Shown: positions 12,527 through 25,678, counted from the first letter of the stretch. The stretch: 63,884 nt of DNA from Octopus bimaculoides (GCF_001194135.2 NC_068999.1:49656690-49720573), one strand, 5' to 3'. Notes: a model not told the origin generated them from the sequence alone. Numbers and translations: made by a program.

Positions 12527-14162
12527 NNNNNNNNNNNNNNNNNNNNNNNNNNNNNNNNNNNNNNNNNNNNNNNNNNNNNNNNNNNNNNNNNNNNNNNNNN
12601 NNNNNNNNNNNNNNNNNNNNNNNNNNNNNNNNNNNNNNNNNNNNNNNNNNNNNNNNNNNNNNNNNNNNNNNNNNNNNNNNNNNNNNNNNNNNNNNNNNNN
12701 NNNNNNNNNNNNNNNNNNNNNNNNNNNNNNNNNNNNNNNNNNNNNNNNNNNNNNNNNNNNNNNNNNNNNNNNNNNNNNNNNNNNNNNNNNNNNNNNNNNN
12801 NTATATAACAGAGTTTGTGTGTGTGAGTATATCTCTGTGTTTGTAGTGTGTATCTTCCTTATAGATTCGAAAACTGAGTTGCCAATTTTGACGTATGAGG
12901 CATCAAAAGATCCAGTAATTTTTCGCCTACGAAATAAAGTTTGTTTTTTGCACAGCAACTCATTTTTACAACAAAGATAAACTCGTGCGAGCTCGGGTCG
13001 CACAATTTTGAGGTCATTTTCGGGTAATATTTGGATTTGCTTCTAATCTACGTTGCTGATTTTAATGTTTTCGGTGTCAAGAAATGCAGAAATGTACAAG
13101 GGGTGTTATGAGTGTATTTGTGATGCACAAAACCCTACTTTTCAACGGAAAATGGCCAAGAAACATGCTTTTGGCGCACAATTAGCATATTTTCCATCAA
13201 TTATGGCCTTTGTACCACAACTAAACTGCCAATGTGAACGTCTTCAGTATTTCATGATTAATTAATGCATTTGAAGTATTGTGATACCATTTCTTTGCAG
13301 AAAGCTATATTCTTCAACAGAAAATTGACTAATGTGTATGTTTGTGTGTGTGTGTACACCCACATATACATACACATATGGAAAATTAAAAGAAGACCGA
13401 GAATTGAAAAATGACACAAGGATACATATCTACCTGGTTGAGAGAACTGAATTACAAACTTGAGCATATGAAAAAACAAAATAATTATAAAAGAAAGAAA
13501 AAAAGGTCAAAGAATCGAATGAGCAATAAACAAACAAAAAAGAAAACAAGGAAAAGAAAAATATATCTGGAAAAGAAAATAAGAGAAACAAATACCAAGA
13601 TATAAGATATAAAGTAATGAAAAAGTAGAACCTTTCAAAGACGGTTATGGAAGGCGTGGACAAGTTTCGTGTTTATGTAATATTTTTGTCTCTGGAAAAC
13701 TATTAAAACACAAAACCATTTTAAAGAAGGGTCTGCTAAGTAGAAGAAATATATTGTTGGCATGAAGATAAGATGCAATATAAATGATTACTGTAAAAGT
13801 TCTAAAGTCGTAGAGCGATAAAACGATGAAGGCAATGTGNNNNNNNNNNNNNNNNNNNNNNNNNNNNNNNNNNNNNNNNNNNNNNNNNNNNNNNNNNNNN
13901 NNNNNNNNNNNNNNNNNNNNNNNNNNNNNNNNNNNNNNNNNNNNNNNNNNNNNNNNNNNNNNNNNNNNNNNNNNNNNNNNNNNNNNNNNNNNNNNNNNNN
14001 NNNNNNNNNNNNNNNNNNNNNNNNNNNNNNNNNNNNNNNNNNNNNNNNNNNNNNNNNNNNNNNNNNNNNNNNNNNNNNNNNNNNNNNNNNNNNNNNNNNN
14101 NNNNNNNNNNNNNNNNNNNNNNNNNNNNNNNATATATATATGTATATATATAGATAAATAGA

Positions 14163-14196
<34 letters not shown>

Positions 14197-14202
14197 CATA
14201 TA

Positions 14203-14235
<33 letters not shown>

Positions 14236-14430
14236 GCACATTCACACACACATCTATATATGTACCTTCATAAGTGTGCATACATAATACATACATACAC
14301 ACGCGCACACGCACGCGCACACGCACGCGCACGCGCACGCGCACACACATGTATGCAGCAACATGTGTACGAAATACGAACATTAGAGATTTGATCGAGA
14401 AAACACAACAGATGAAATAATGCTATAGGC

Positions 14431-14484
<54 letters not shown>

Positions 14485-15085
14485 AAGACGTAGGATGACG
14501 ATGATAGGATCATTGAATTTTATAATATTAGATTATCCATTCAGAATCCATTAGTGGATTGTATCTCAGTAACATTTGATCGTCCAATTTCCTAAATCAG
14601 ATCAACCAATCACCTATCTCTTCGATCGTTTAATACCACCACCACTACCAACTACATTGGACAATCGATCGCAGCGTTTGAGATCAGCATCATCTGATTC
14701 CTTTCTCTTAGACCTATTTGCTCTCGGTGACATAATCTTAAACGAAGGGTACTTTTCCTGTACCCTAATCAACGTCAGTAGTCTTGCCATCGTCTCTGTT
14801 TTACTTAGGGACAGCAATGTGGTTGAGAAGTCCGATAAGTACCCCCCCCCCACACGTACACCACCACCACCAATTGACCCAAAGTTCAATTCTGAATACA
14901 GCAACTATGATTAATGTATTGGATGTTGTGAATGAAATAAGTAGATAAACACCATTACATTGTCACTTTCTTTTCACATTAGATATACGCCAATAGTCTG
15001 TGAATAAGAGCCGGACTGATACACTTCTTAGCTTAAAAATAAAGTTTGCAAGTTAGAATTCAGTCTAATAATATTCACATATTAA

Positions 15086-15288
15086 AGCGGCGAATTGGCA
15101 GAAATGTTAGCACACCGGGCGAAATGCTTAGCGGTATTTCGTTTGTCTTTACGTTCTGAGTTGAAATTCCGCCGAGATCGACTTTGCCTTTCATCCTTTC
15201 GGGGTAGATAAATTAAGCACCAGTTGTGTGCTGGGGTCGATCTAATCGACTGGCCCCTTCCTCCAAAATTTCGGGCCTTCTGCCTAAA

Positions 15289-15290
<2 letters not shown>
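15086..15290 (+). mobile_element. tRNA-derived SINE family B, full length
   Basis: GGCGAATTGGCAGAAATGTTAGCAC (A-box), CTGAGTTGAAATTCCGCC (B-box), GACTTTGCCTTTCATCCTTTCGGGGTAGATAAATTAAGCACCAG (Meta-domain-like), then a (TA)n tail. Confidence 0.9.
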
Positions 15291-15332
<42 letters not shown>

Positions 15333-15646
15333 TATACACATTTATATTATATAAATGTAAGCTAGAAAAGTAAGCACATTTATCTCTGGTTGAAATGACA
15401 TTTCTTTTTCTTTCTTTCTTTTTTCAAATCACCAACCAAAGTTTTCTCTTTCTATCTACCGACCCTAAAATAGAATATCTCAAATTGTATAAAATATTAT
15501 GAAAACTAAATTTTACCATTTCTTTACTCCTATCATGTTTATAATCTTAACGTAATTAATAATCTTCTCTTATTTGAAAGAGACTTATAAAATACCATTA
15601 AATTCAATTGTTGTAAGAAGTGGGCAAACGTACGTTTTGGAATACG

Positions 15647-15680
15647 TCTTTTGACGACGGACCGTAGTCCAAAACGTTAG
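15647..15680 (+). ncRNA. Degenerate minimal hammerhead-like motif
   Basis: TTGACGA C GGAC-CGTA-GTCC AAAAC GTT AG: 4-bp stem II. C3->U and G12->A (a CpG-type change). Confidence 0.4.
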
Positions 15681-16816
15681 ATTCGAGCAGTTCTCACAGT
15701 GACTAAACTTAGTGATATGAGTCATTTCTCTCGGATTTTATAACCATTGCTATCTTACTGATAGTTCTGTAAGATTTCATCATCAATGTTCGGTTTTATA
15801 TTCGCTTTTACTAATCCTCTTCTTTCCTCGTTTTATACATTTTTATTCAAAGCTTTGCCATCTGAAATTTCGGAGCTTTATATATTTTGATTTAGTGTTT
15901 GTGAAATATTTAGAATTTCAGATGTTCGAATTTTAAAAAGTTCTCCTTAATGTTGATATAACTTAATCATTTATATTCGAAATAGCGCATATGAAATAAA
16001 TCTATAGAGAATTATGCAAGAATTATCAAGACCTACACAACAACCATTTCAAAAGAGTCAGACAGAGGGGAATATAAACGCCTCCACTCGAATTACAAGC
16101 ATAAAGATTTACGAAGACATATTTTGTTTCTAATGACGTAGCTTTTTTCTTTTTTAAATTTTAAAACATTGAGACTAGAAACATGAAATAATATTCAGTA
16201 TAGTTATTAAAGAACTTCAAATATTTTTATTGCAGACACAGCCGTATACATTACATCCAATGTATACATGCGCAGCATACGGATAGTGTGTGACAATTTA
16301 CATAATTTAAAACCTTATTTTCGCGAGGTTTATATGATACATTTATTTTCTATTTGTTTCGTCTGAATTGCTACAAGTATTAAAGCATATGTAATCTACT
16401 CTAAGATATAGAATAATTTTTAAATTCTATATCTTAATAGATATGGTTATTTTTTTAACATTCTCAATTTCCCTGTAGAACCGTAGCTTCATACATTTTT
16501 CTTTTTTACTTCGAAATATAATTTTACTATGTTTTGGTTAAGCCGTCTGAATTTATTTTATTTTCATCTTAGAGAAACTTTATTGTTCATCAACAGTCTA
16601 TATGCGAATACAATACACTAGTTTATGCATTATATTATAGCTATATTCTATATTCACACATTTTACTTGCATGAAATTGAAGTATACCCGCATATCCACT
16701 ATATATAATATTTCAGCCTACCCGCTTCTCTATTGTATGTTATAATTTAATCTGTTAATAATTTCAAAATCCGCTCAATTCTCAGTAAACTTAGATTATT
16801 ATGAGCATTGTTCAGG

Positions 16817-17035
16817 AGGCGAATTACTGGAACCGTTAGCACGTCGGACAAAACGCGTAGCAGTAATAAATGCCGGGTCTTTATATTCTGAGTTCAAATT
16901 CCGCCGAGATAAACTTTGCCTTTCATTCTTTTGGGGTCGATAAATTAAGAACCAGTCATCTACCGAGATCGATGTAATCAACTATCCGCTCCCCTCAACA
17001 TTGCTAGATTTGTGCTCAAATTGGAAAGAATTATT
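16817..17035 (+). mobile_element. tRNA-derived SINE family B, diverged
   Basis: CCGTTAGCACGTCGG..TTCTGAGTTCAAATTCCGCCGAGATAAACTTTGCCTTTCATTCTTTTGGGGTCGATAAATTAAG. Confidence 0.85.
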
Positions 17036-17772
17036 TCATAAAGTGTGAAAACCTTCATGGCTTTCTGCATGCAGCATGGTAACTAACATCTATTTAATTC
17101 CATTGAATGGAAAATCAATAAATAATTAGTTCAATGAAAAAGGAAACAAAAAGCGAGAAGAAAAATCCTCTAAAAGACATGTTCAGAGGCATATCAAAAT
17201 TTACCAATAATTGATTTTCAATAGATACTTAGAATTATACTGGTGACTAGGACGCAGAAATGCAACGAAAATATTGACTTCTTAAGAAATTTGAACATAA
17301 CAATATTTATGCTCTTCAGAAATTGCTAGAACGGCTTTTCTAGGATGCAATTGCTTTACTTTCAACACACGATTCTAAATAAAGTGGTGCCTTGTCCAAA
17401 CAATTACAGTTTCGTAGACATTTATTTCTATTGAAATCTAACAACTCTTTGCAATTTTTTTCAACATAATTTGGAGTTTATTGAAAATGGAAAAAAAAAA
17501 TGGAAATTTTAGAGAGAAAAAATAATGTTTCCCGTTTACAAGTGATGTGTTCTGACGTTATACAGATTCGTACTCTTCAGAAGAATATGAATATAAATAA
17601 TGGAATTGCTAGTGGATGTGACAGGCTTCTTTCATATTTCACCTTTGCTATATTTTTTCCTTTTCATTTCTACACAACCACATATGGCTATACGATAGGC
17701 ATAAGTAAATGTTGTAGATTTATTTCACGTAATATAATAACAAATCAGCCAATAATTCGAACACACGCAGAC

Positions 17773-17822
<50 letters not shown>

Positions 17823-18434
17823 NNNNNNNNNNAATAAAAAGACATACACGTATAGACATAAGAGTCCCCCCACACACACATACATACACACACACACTTA
17901 CGCAAAGACACATTCACACATATATACACATATGTATTTGCATGTATATATATATATATATATATCAAGAGAGAGACACAGAGGGATAAAGAGAGGCAGT
18001 GACAGAAAGAGGTAGCCATTACCTAGATTTGTATGAACATATAAATACACAAATGCACACTTATACAACAAGTGTGCATGTTTAAGCATATGTGAATACC
18101 CACATACATCTCTTTCTCACTTTCTACATATAAATATAAGTATATATGTGTATATACTCACATACGCACGCAAAGACACATGCACAGATTCAAATGCATA
18201 TATATTTACATAGATATATGTATCCCTGTATAGAATTGTTTTAAATCAAAGCTTTCTCAAGAACTGAAGTTTTCAGTATATTCCATTAAATGTGACATGC
18301 ATTATAATGCTAGTATTTTTTTACAGAATACATTTATTGAATTTATCAGAATGATTAAGAATATGGTGTATTGTATTGCATAAAACGTGAATTAGGTATG
18401 TTATCTATGAATTATGTAAGTAGAATATGTAAGC

Positions 18435-18720
18435 ACGTGCCTAATGATTAGCGTATTGCACTCGCCATTGGAGCACCGTGGTTTCGATTCCCAGGCCAGA
18501 CGGTACGTTACTTTAATGAGGGAAGACTCAGCTATGAATGGGTCATTGGCATTGATTGCCGGACCGGGAGCTGCGTTGTTTTTTTGAGCAAAATACATTT
18601 TTTCGCGTTGCCTCAGTCCACTCAGCTACAAAATGTCCTGTTCAGGGTCGCTGTTCTGACCCCAGTCCCTTACACTCCGTGGCAACCACGTAGCCGGACC
18701 TACGTGTCCTATGGCTCAAG
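18435..18720 (+). mobile_element. Old tRNA-head SINE of a third family (family C)
   Basis: GTGCCTAATGATTAGC (A-box-like) and GGTTTCGATTCC (B-box), then GTTGCCTCAGTCCACTCAGCT and TGTCCTGTTCAGGG resembling conserved SINE middle domains. Single copy here. Confidence 0.55.
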
Positions 18721-18864
18721 ATATTTATGTTCAGATTGCATGCTTTACATATTTTTTTCATACCAGTGTTTTTTCAGATACGTGATGGACCAAAAGTCAC
18801 GTAGCAAAACATTTGACATTTTATATTTCATTATTATTATTGTTGTTGTTGTTGTTGTTGTTGT

Positions 18865-19080
18865 TAAGGCGACGAACTGGCGGAATCGTTTGCGCGCTCG
18901 ACGAAGTGCTTAGCGGTATTTCGTCTGTCTTTCCGTTCTGAGTTCAAATTCCGCCATCATCCTTTCGGGTTCGATAAATTAAGTACCAGTTACACACTGG
19001 GGTCGATGTAATCGACTTAATCCCTCTGTCTGTCCTTGTTTGTCTCCTTTATGTTTATCCCCTTGTGGCCAATAATGAAA
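18865..19080 (+). mobile_element. tRNA-derived SINE family B (long-tail variant), small internal deletion
   Basis: TAAGGCGACGAACTGGCGGAATCG..GAGTTCAAATTCCGCC..GATAAATTAAGTACCAG..CTGGGGTCGAT, followed by the GTCTGTCCTTGTTTGTC tail shared with the 31650-31855 copy. Confidence 0.88.
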
Positions 19081-20002
19081 TTAGAATCGTTGCACATTGA
19101 GCAAAATGCTTAGCAATATTTATTTATTTTGTTCATTATGTACAATTATAATGGTGTGTATTCATTCTTATTTTATTTTACTCAATTTTATCAAAATTAA
19201 AGGATGTCTTCGACAATTCCGGAACGTATTGAATTCATTTTCTGCGTCATTTTTGGCCTACTTGGTAAATTACTCTATCTTTTCTTGTGGATTCCGTATG
19301 GACGAATGCTTAAGCTTCCTATGCGATCACAAACCAACAGTCCAGTCTCACCGTATAGAAACTTGGGGAAAAATTGTCTATTTTGTCACTGCATAGTATC
19401 AACCCAATCCTTGCGTATAAAAGTGGATTTACGGAAACTGTGCGGAAGCTCATCGAATTCGTTGTTACTGTAATTCAAGACCATAGCCTGTTTCACACAC
19501 TGCGTCCTGCGGATTATGTTAACGGCACCTGTCTGTGAAATATTCAGTCTCTTAAACGCTGATTCAATGGGCAGTTAATTCAGTAGATTAAATAACTAAA
19601 TCCTCATCGTTGAAACGGACGGAGATCCATGTTGCTTTACTCTTTTGTTAATGATGTTTACTAAAGAGTTAAATCATGACCAAAATTTCACAAGTTCGTT
19701 TCCCAGCACATGACTCTCACTCGACGAATTCAATTATCGGATACAGACAATTAAAAATGATTAGAGAGTGCGTGCGTGTGTTTGTGTTTTTGTGTATGTA
19801 CGTGTGTATGTGTGTGTGCGCATGCGTATATGCAAAATGAGATTGAAATGATCTTCTTCAGACAATGTTTTCGGTTTTATATATGACTTGTATGATGATT
19901 GCAACCTACTATATTCGTGTACTCCATATTCATACTGTCCTGTGTGTATCGCATTCTGCGTTTGGGCTAACATATGATTTCCGCTTTTTCCCTCCCACAA
20001 AA

Positions 20003-20045
<43 letters not shown>

Positions 20046-20502
20046 CGTGCGCGCGCGCGCGCGTGTGTGCATTTACCTATGTCTCTAAGCATATGGGAGC
20101 ATTTATAAATATTTTTTAATGAATTATTCACTTTCTATTTCTGCCACTCTCCCTCCCTCTCTCTCCTCCCTCTCTCTCTCTCTGCATGACTGAATGTATG
20201 TACGTTTGTAGAAGAAGACAGAAAGAATATTGTAACAACGCCAGGATATTTGGAACATCTTACGTGTTGTAACCTTNNNNNNNNNNNNNNNNNNNNNNNN
20301 NNNNNNNNNNNNNNNNNNNNNNNNNNNNNNNNNNNNNNNNNNNNNNNNNNNNNNNNNNNNNNNNNNNNNNNNNNNNNNNNNNNNNNNNNNNNNNNNNNNN
20401 NNNNNNNNNNNNNNNNNNNNNNNNNNNNNNNNNNNNNNNNNNNNNNNNNNNNNNNNNNNNNNNNNNNNNNNNNNNNNNNNNNNNNNNNNNNNNNNNNNNN
20501 NN

Positions 20503-20538
<36 letters not shown>

Positions 20539-20542
20539 CCTT

Positions 20543-20586
20543 AAACTGTCTGACAAACGGGAGCGTGAAACTCTGAGTAACAGTTT
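20543..20586 (+). ncRNA. Type I hammerhead ribozyme fold (G8->A variant)
   Basis: AAACTGT | CTGACAA | ACG-GGAG-CGT | GAAA CT-CTG-AG TA | ACAGTTT: 7-bp stem I, 3-bp stem II, 3-bp stem III and a GUA cleavage triplet. The only core deviation is G8->A. AATAAA lies at 20610-20615. Confidence 0.75.
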
Positions 20587-20810
20587 TTGTGATATTTTTG
20601 CTGCTTTTTAATAAAGCATATTAATTACCCTACCTCTGGTATTCGAGTACTATTTTTTCCACCTTGTTTCGCATTTATGTGCTTATTTTGGTACATACGT
20701 GTGTGTATGTATGTATAATATATATGTGTGTGTGTAGTATGTATGTATGTATGTATGTATGTATGTATGTATGTATGTATGTATGTATGTATGCATGTAT
20801 GTATGTATGT

Positions 20811-21190
20811 AAGAGAGCACAGTAGAAAGCAAGGCTACAATTTAAGGACGGTGTCAAGTCCTCATTAAAGGCCCGTGATGTAGGAATCCGGAGAGCAATG
20901 CCTGTCATCGCCACAGATGGAGGAAGCAGGTTAACGGGTGGGGGTCGACACCTTCGAAACATCACGTATTCTTCGTGAAGAGTTTAAGTGTGCTACTCGA
21001 AAGTGCACTGCTAGCGTATTGAATGGGGTAAGCTTGGTCTGCAATGTTTGCAGTCGTGTATGCTCGGCAAGTGCACGGCTCATTAGCCATCAACGGAGCC
21101 GTAAATGCAAAGTTTAAGTTGGTCCTAGAGCATACAATGACCTTAAAGGTCAGCAATGGTCTTCCTCGCTCAGGAGTGGAAGGCAATCAT
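20811..21190 (+). mobile_element. RTE-clade LINE 3' end, frameshifted
   Basis: KARLQFKDGVKSSLKARD / ACHRHRWRKQV / GVDTFETSRILREEFKCATRKC..LVCNVCSRVCSASARLISHQRSRKCKV* (terminal C-x2-C..H zinc-finger-like motif of RTE ORFs). The 3' UTR AATGGTCTTCCTCGCTCAGGAGTGGAAGGCAATCAT runs into a microsatellite tail. Confidence 0.8.
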
Positions 21191-21208
21191 GTATATAAAC
21201 ACACACAC

Positions 21209-21249
<41 letters not shown>

Positions 21250-21959
21250 NNNNNNNNNNNNNNNNNNNNNNNNNNNNNNNNNNNNNNNNNNNNNNNNNNN
21301 NNNNNNNNNNNNNNNNNNNNNNNNNNNNNNNNNNNNNNNNNNNNNNNNNNNNNNNNNNNNNNNNNNNNNNNNNNNNNNNNNNNNNNNNNNNNNNNNNNNN
21401 NNNNNNNNNNNNNNNNNNNNNNNNNNNNNNNNNNNNNNNNNNNNNNNNNNNNNNNNNNNNNNNNNNNNNNNNNNNNNNNNNNNNNNNNNNNNNNNNNNNN
21501 NNNNNNNNNNNNNNNNNNNNNNNNNNNNNNNNNNNNNNNNNNNNNNNNNNNNNNNNNNNNNNNNNNNNNNNNNNNNNNNNNNNNNNNNNNNNNNNNNNNN
21601 NNNNNNNNNNNNNNNNNNNNNNNNNNNNNNNNNNNNNNNNNNNNNNNNNNNNNNNNNNNNNNNNNNNNNNNNNNNNNNNNNNNNNNNNNNNNNNNNNNNN
21701 NNNNNNNNNNNNNNNNNNNNNNNNNNNNNNNNNNNNNNNNNNNNNNNNNNNNNNNNNNNNNNNNNNNNNNNNNNNNNNNNNNNNNNNNNNNNNNNNNNNN
21801 NNNNNNNNNNNNNNNNNNNNNNNNNNNNNNNNNNNNNNNNNNNNNNNNNNNNNNNNNNNNNNNNNNNNNNNNNNNNNNNNNNNNNNNNNNNNNNNNNNNN
21901 NNNNNNNNNNNNNNNNNNNNNNNNNNNNNNNNNNNNNNNNNNNNNNNNNNNNNNNNNNN

Positions 21960-22006
<47 letters not shown>

Positions 22007-23559
22007 AGCGTTTGAGGGCTGATATAAAAATTAAATCCAAAGGAGAGAAAACAACAGAGGTAAAACGCGAAGCAAGTTCTTTTGATCTTACAATAAATAA
22101 CCTACGATAGCTCCGTATTCCATCATTAGACCTCTTAGTTCTATTTTCGAACACGGAAAATTTACTGGAAAGAAACACTTTGTGTTTCTTCTTTGTGCTT
22201 GTGACACTTTGACATTCTGATATTTTGGTCAACAAGTTTAAATAAAAGCTTAATTGACAAGCTAAAATGATGTATTGCTCAAGTAAGTGATTCGCTGTTC
22301 ATGGAAAAGGGCGAAATCAATATAAAGAAATGAATGTGACATTGATGGTTGTTCTGGTTGTTGTTGTTGTTGTTCTTTTTTTTTTTTGTATTTGAGAGAC
22401 ATATTAGGGGCACGTATTTCATCAGCGTGCATTTTGTTTCCAATACGCAAACAAAAATGTAAGGAGTAAAAGAAAAGACACATTTACATGTATTTGTCTT
22501 TGTTTGCATCCGTTTGTGCATGTGAATGCGTGTTCATATGTATGTATGTATGTATGTATGTATATATGTATGTATGTATGTATGTATGTGTGTATGTGTA
22601 AATATATATGAACGTATATGCACATATAGACACAAATTTCAACATCTGTCAATATATACTGTATATTGCTGTATTAATATAGATTTGTACATATANNNNN
22701 NNNNNNNNNNNNNNNNNNNNNNNNNNNNNNNNNNNNNNNNNNNNNNNNNNNNNNNNNNNNNNNNNNNNNNNNNNNNNNNNNNNNNNNNNNNNNNNNNNNN
22801 NNNNNNNNNNNNNNNNNNNNNNNNNNNNNNNNNNNNNNNNNNNNNNNNNNNNNNNNNNNNNNNNNNNNNNNNNNNNNNNNNNNNNNNNNNNNNNNNNNNN
22901 NNNNNNNNNNNNNNNNNNNNNNNNNNNNNNNNNNNNNNNNNNNNNNNNNNNNNNNNNNNNNNNNNNNNNNNNNNNNNNNNNNNNNNNNNNNNNNNNNNNN
23001 NNNNNNNNNNNNNNNNNNNNNNNNNNNNNNNNNNNNNNNNNNNNNNNNNNNNNNNNNNNNNNNNNNNNNNNNNNNNNNNNNNNNNNNNNNNNNNNNNNNN
23101 NNNNNNNNNNNNNNNNNNNNNNNNNNNNNNNNNNNNNNNNNNNNNNNNNNNNNNNNNNNNNNNNNNNNNNNNNNNNNNNNNNNNNNNNNNNNNNNNNNNN
23201 NNNNNNNNNNNNNNNNNNNNNNNNNNNNNNNNNNNNNNNNNNNNNNNNNNNNNNNNNNNNNNNNNNNNNNNNNNNNNNNNNNNNNNNNNNNNNNNNNNNN
23301 NNNNNNNNNNNNNNNNNNNNNNNNNNNNNNNNNNNNNNNNNNNNNNNNNNNNNNNNNNNNNNNNNNNNNNNNNNNNNNNNNNNNNNNNNNNNNNNNNNNN
23401 NNNNNNNNNNNNNNNNNNNNNNNNNNNNNNNNNNNNNNNNNNNNNATATAAACACACACACACATATATATATATATAAACATATATATACACATATATA
23501 TATATAGCTATACGTATTCATTTATTGTAATCTTTGTTGTTTTTGTTATAGATATTCTT

Positions 23560-23833
23560 CTAGTTTCATTTGTTAGTCGTTGTTGTTATTGTTGTTGTTG
23601 TTGTTCTTATCGTTGTTGTTGATATTGTGTGAAAACAAAGGGTGAATGCATTATTAGCCAAATGTCATTGGCGATGATGAGAAGGAGCCAGTAAACGTAA
23701 TTAGGAATAGGAAACGATGTATTCGGTACACTACAACACAACAGCGCGAACTAATCTAACAGCGCCCGAAATAACAAACGAAAAGAACCACCAACAGACG
23801 GCAACAGCCCTGCAATAATTACGAAAGAAAAAT

Positions 23834-23880
<47 letters not shown>

Positions 23881-24420
23881 TGTAGACGAAGAAGACGAAG
23901 AAGAAGACGATGAAGAAGACGATGAAGAAGAAGAAGAACAACAACAACGACAACAACAAATATATTTTTAACTTCTGGTTAATTTTGAACATCACAGTGT
24001 TTTGGGTTTGACTATCTTTATTTAGTTTTGTTAAGTTTAATTGTATTTCTTCTCCTTCCTCTTCTCCCTCTTCCTCCTCCTCTTCTTCTTATTATTATTC
24101 CTCTTCTTCTCCCTCTTCTTCCTCTCCTTCTTCTTCTTCTTCTTCTTCTTCTTCTTCTTCTTCTTCTTCTTCTTCTTCTTCTTCTTCTTCTTCATCATCC
24201 ACCACCACCACCAGCACCACCCACCACTACCCCTACCAACAACAACAACAACAACAATAACAACATCAACACTTTTCCTTTTCATTTTCAAAAATAAACA
24301 ATATCTTTATTTTCGGTAGTTTTGAAGAACAGTGTCAGTTCACATCCAACGAAAGATAAGATGAGGGACGTAAGGTGGTGCGAGATAAGGCGGCGGCGGC
24401 GGCGGCGGCGGCAGGGAGGA
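23560..24420. repeat. Compound trinucleotide microsatellite block (TTG, TAG, GAA, AAC, CTT, CAC, GGC)
   Basis: Directly visible; source of the poly-K, poly-F, poly-L and poly-A ORFs. Confidence 0.9.
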
Positions 24421-24730
24421 GAAGGAAGAGTAACAAGGTATGCGTTTTCGTGATTTCGCGACAAACTTTTGCGATATATATGCTTCTTTGGTCACATCTC
24501 ACCGGGGTCAACTTCACCTTCCTTAAATCCGAGGTCGATGAAATAAGCAACAATCATTTACTCGTGTTAAAACGATAGAAAATCTCTAGTTTATTAGTTT
24601 ATTTATCACTTAGAAATGAGAATATCGTCCTGCTAACACAAAATGACCTAATATTGACTTTTATATACTTGACAGTATATAATGGATGCGAAATGAAATA
24701 TTGTATTCTTGCAGGTAATTAATATTTCCG

Positions 24731-24950
24731 TTAAGGCATCACGAGCTGGCAGAATCGTTAGCACGCAGAGAAAGATGCTTGGTGGCATTTCGTCTGTCTC
24801 TACGTTCTGAGTTCAAATTCCACCGATTTGATCTTGCCTTCCATCCTATCGGGATCAATAAAATGAGTAGCAGTTGAGCACTGGGGTCGATTTAATGGAC
24901 TTGGCCCTCCCACAAGACTGATGACCTTGTGCTAAAATTTGAAACCGATA
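24731..24950 (+). mobile_element. tRNA-derived SINE family B, full length
   Basis: GAGCTGGCAGAATCGTTAGCACG..CTGAGTTCAAATTCCACC..GCCTTCCATCCTATCGGGATCAATAAAATGAGTAGCAG..CTGGGGTCGAT..CCTTGTGCTAAAATTTGAAACC. Confidence 0.88.
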
Positions 24951-25204
24951 TTTACGTACCAGCTTTCAGGAATGTGCTTAATATGTAAATTGGTCTGTTC
25001 ATTAGTGCTACACCGTTAAGCTTGGTGGATATTTAAGCAATGCGTTTGTAAATAGTTGCTGGGTTCGATGTGTTACTGATGAAAGTGTAACAATTCTTGA
25101 AATAAGCATATACAAACATTCGTGTGTGCGTATGTGTGTGTGTGTATAGCCCGGGCTCAATCAATGGTTTGTGAGTGAACTTTGCAGGCGAAATCTGAGC
25201 GGAA

Positions 25205-25241
<37 letters not shown>

Positions 25242-25574
25242 AGAGAGAGAGAGAGAGAGAGAGGTTATGAGCGGTAGTGGTTTCAGGTTTCAGGTAATGC
25301 TGAGTAAGTGCTAAGAATAGACTATAGTTAAGCTCCAGGTTCGGTGATTTTGCGAATAATGGGTCCAACGTAGGTCATATACCAGCGTGTGAATATAAGG
25401 ATTTACTTTTCGTAATGAGATACATAAATAGGCGCAGGCGTGGCTGTGTGGTATATCTTCCGTGTACTTCTCAGCTTCGGAATTAGCGATTCGGGTTATT
25501 TTGATTATTCCAAGTGTCAGAACTTCAGACATGGCTTATACCTAGAAAATATCTAAAGGTTTTGTTTGATAGGA

Positions 25575-25654
25575 TGCACTTATAAGTCGTACCTCCAACT
25601 TTACGTGAACATTTCAGGGAAAAAAGTGTCACTTATAGCCGAATATATACGGTA
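25575..25654 (-). mobile_element. Possible Tc2/pogo-type DNA transposon terminus
   Basis: Minus strand starts TACCGTATATATTCGGCTATAAGTGACACTTTTTTCCC, resembling TA-CCGTA..TATAAG termini of this group. The partner end was not found. Confidence 0.4.
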
Positions 25655-25678
25655 CATACCGATAGGTTTCCACGTAAT

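Noticed and set aside
15086-15180. tRNA-like A- and B-boxes here and in about 14 other places
   Set aside because: They are SINE heads with an abnormal anticodon arm and attached SINE bodies, not tRNA genes.
25074-25112. CTGATGA..GAAAT hammerhead-like match
   Set aside because: Stem I gives only two pairs and stem II is weak; consistent with chance in AT-rich DNA.
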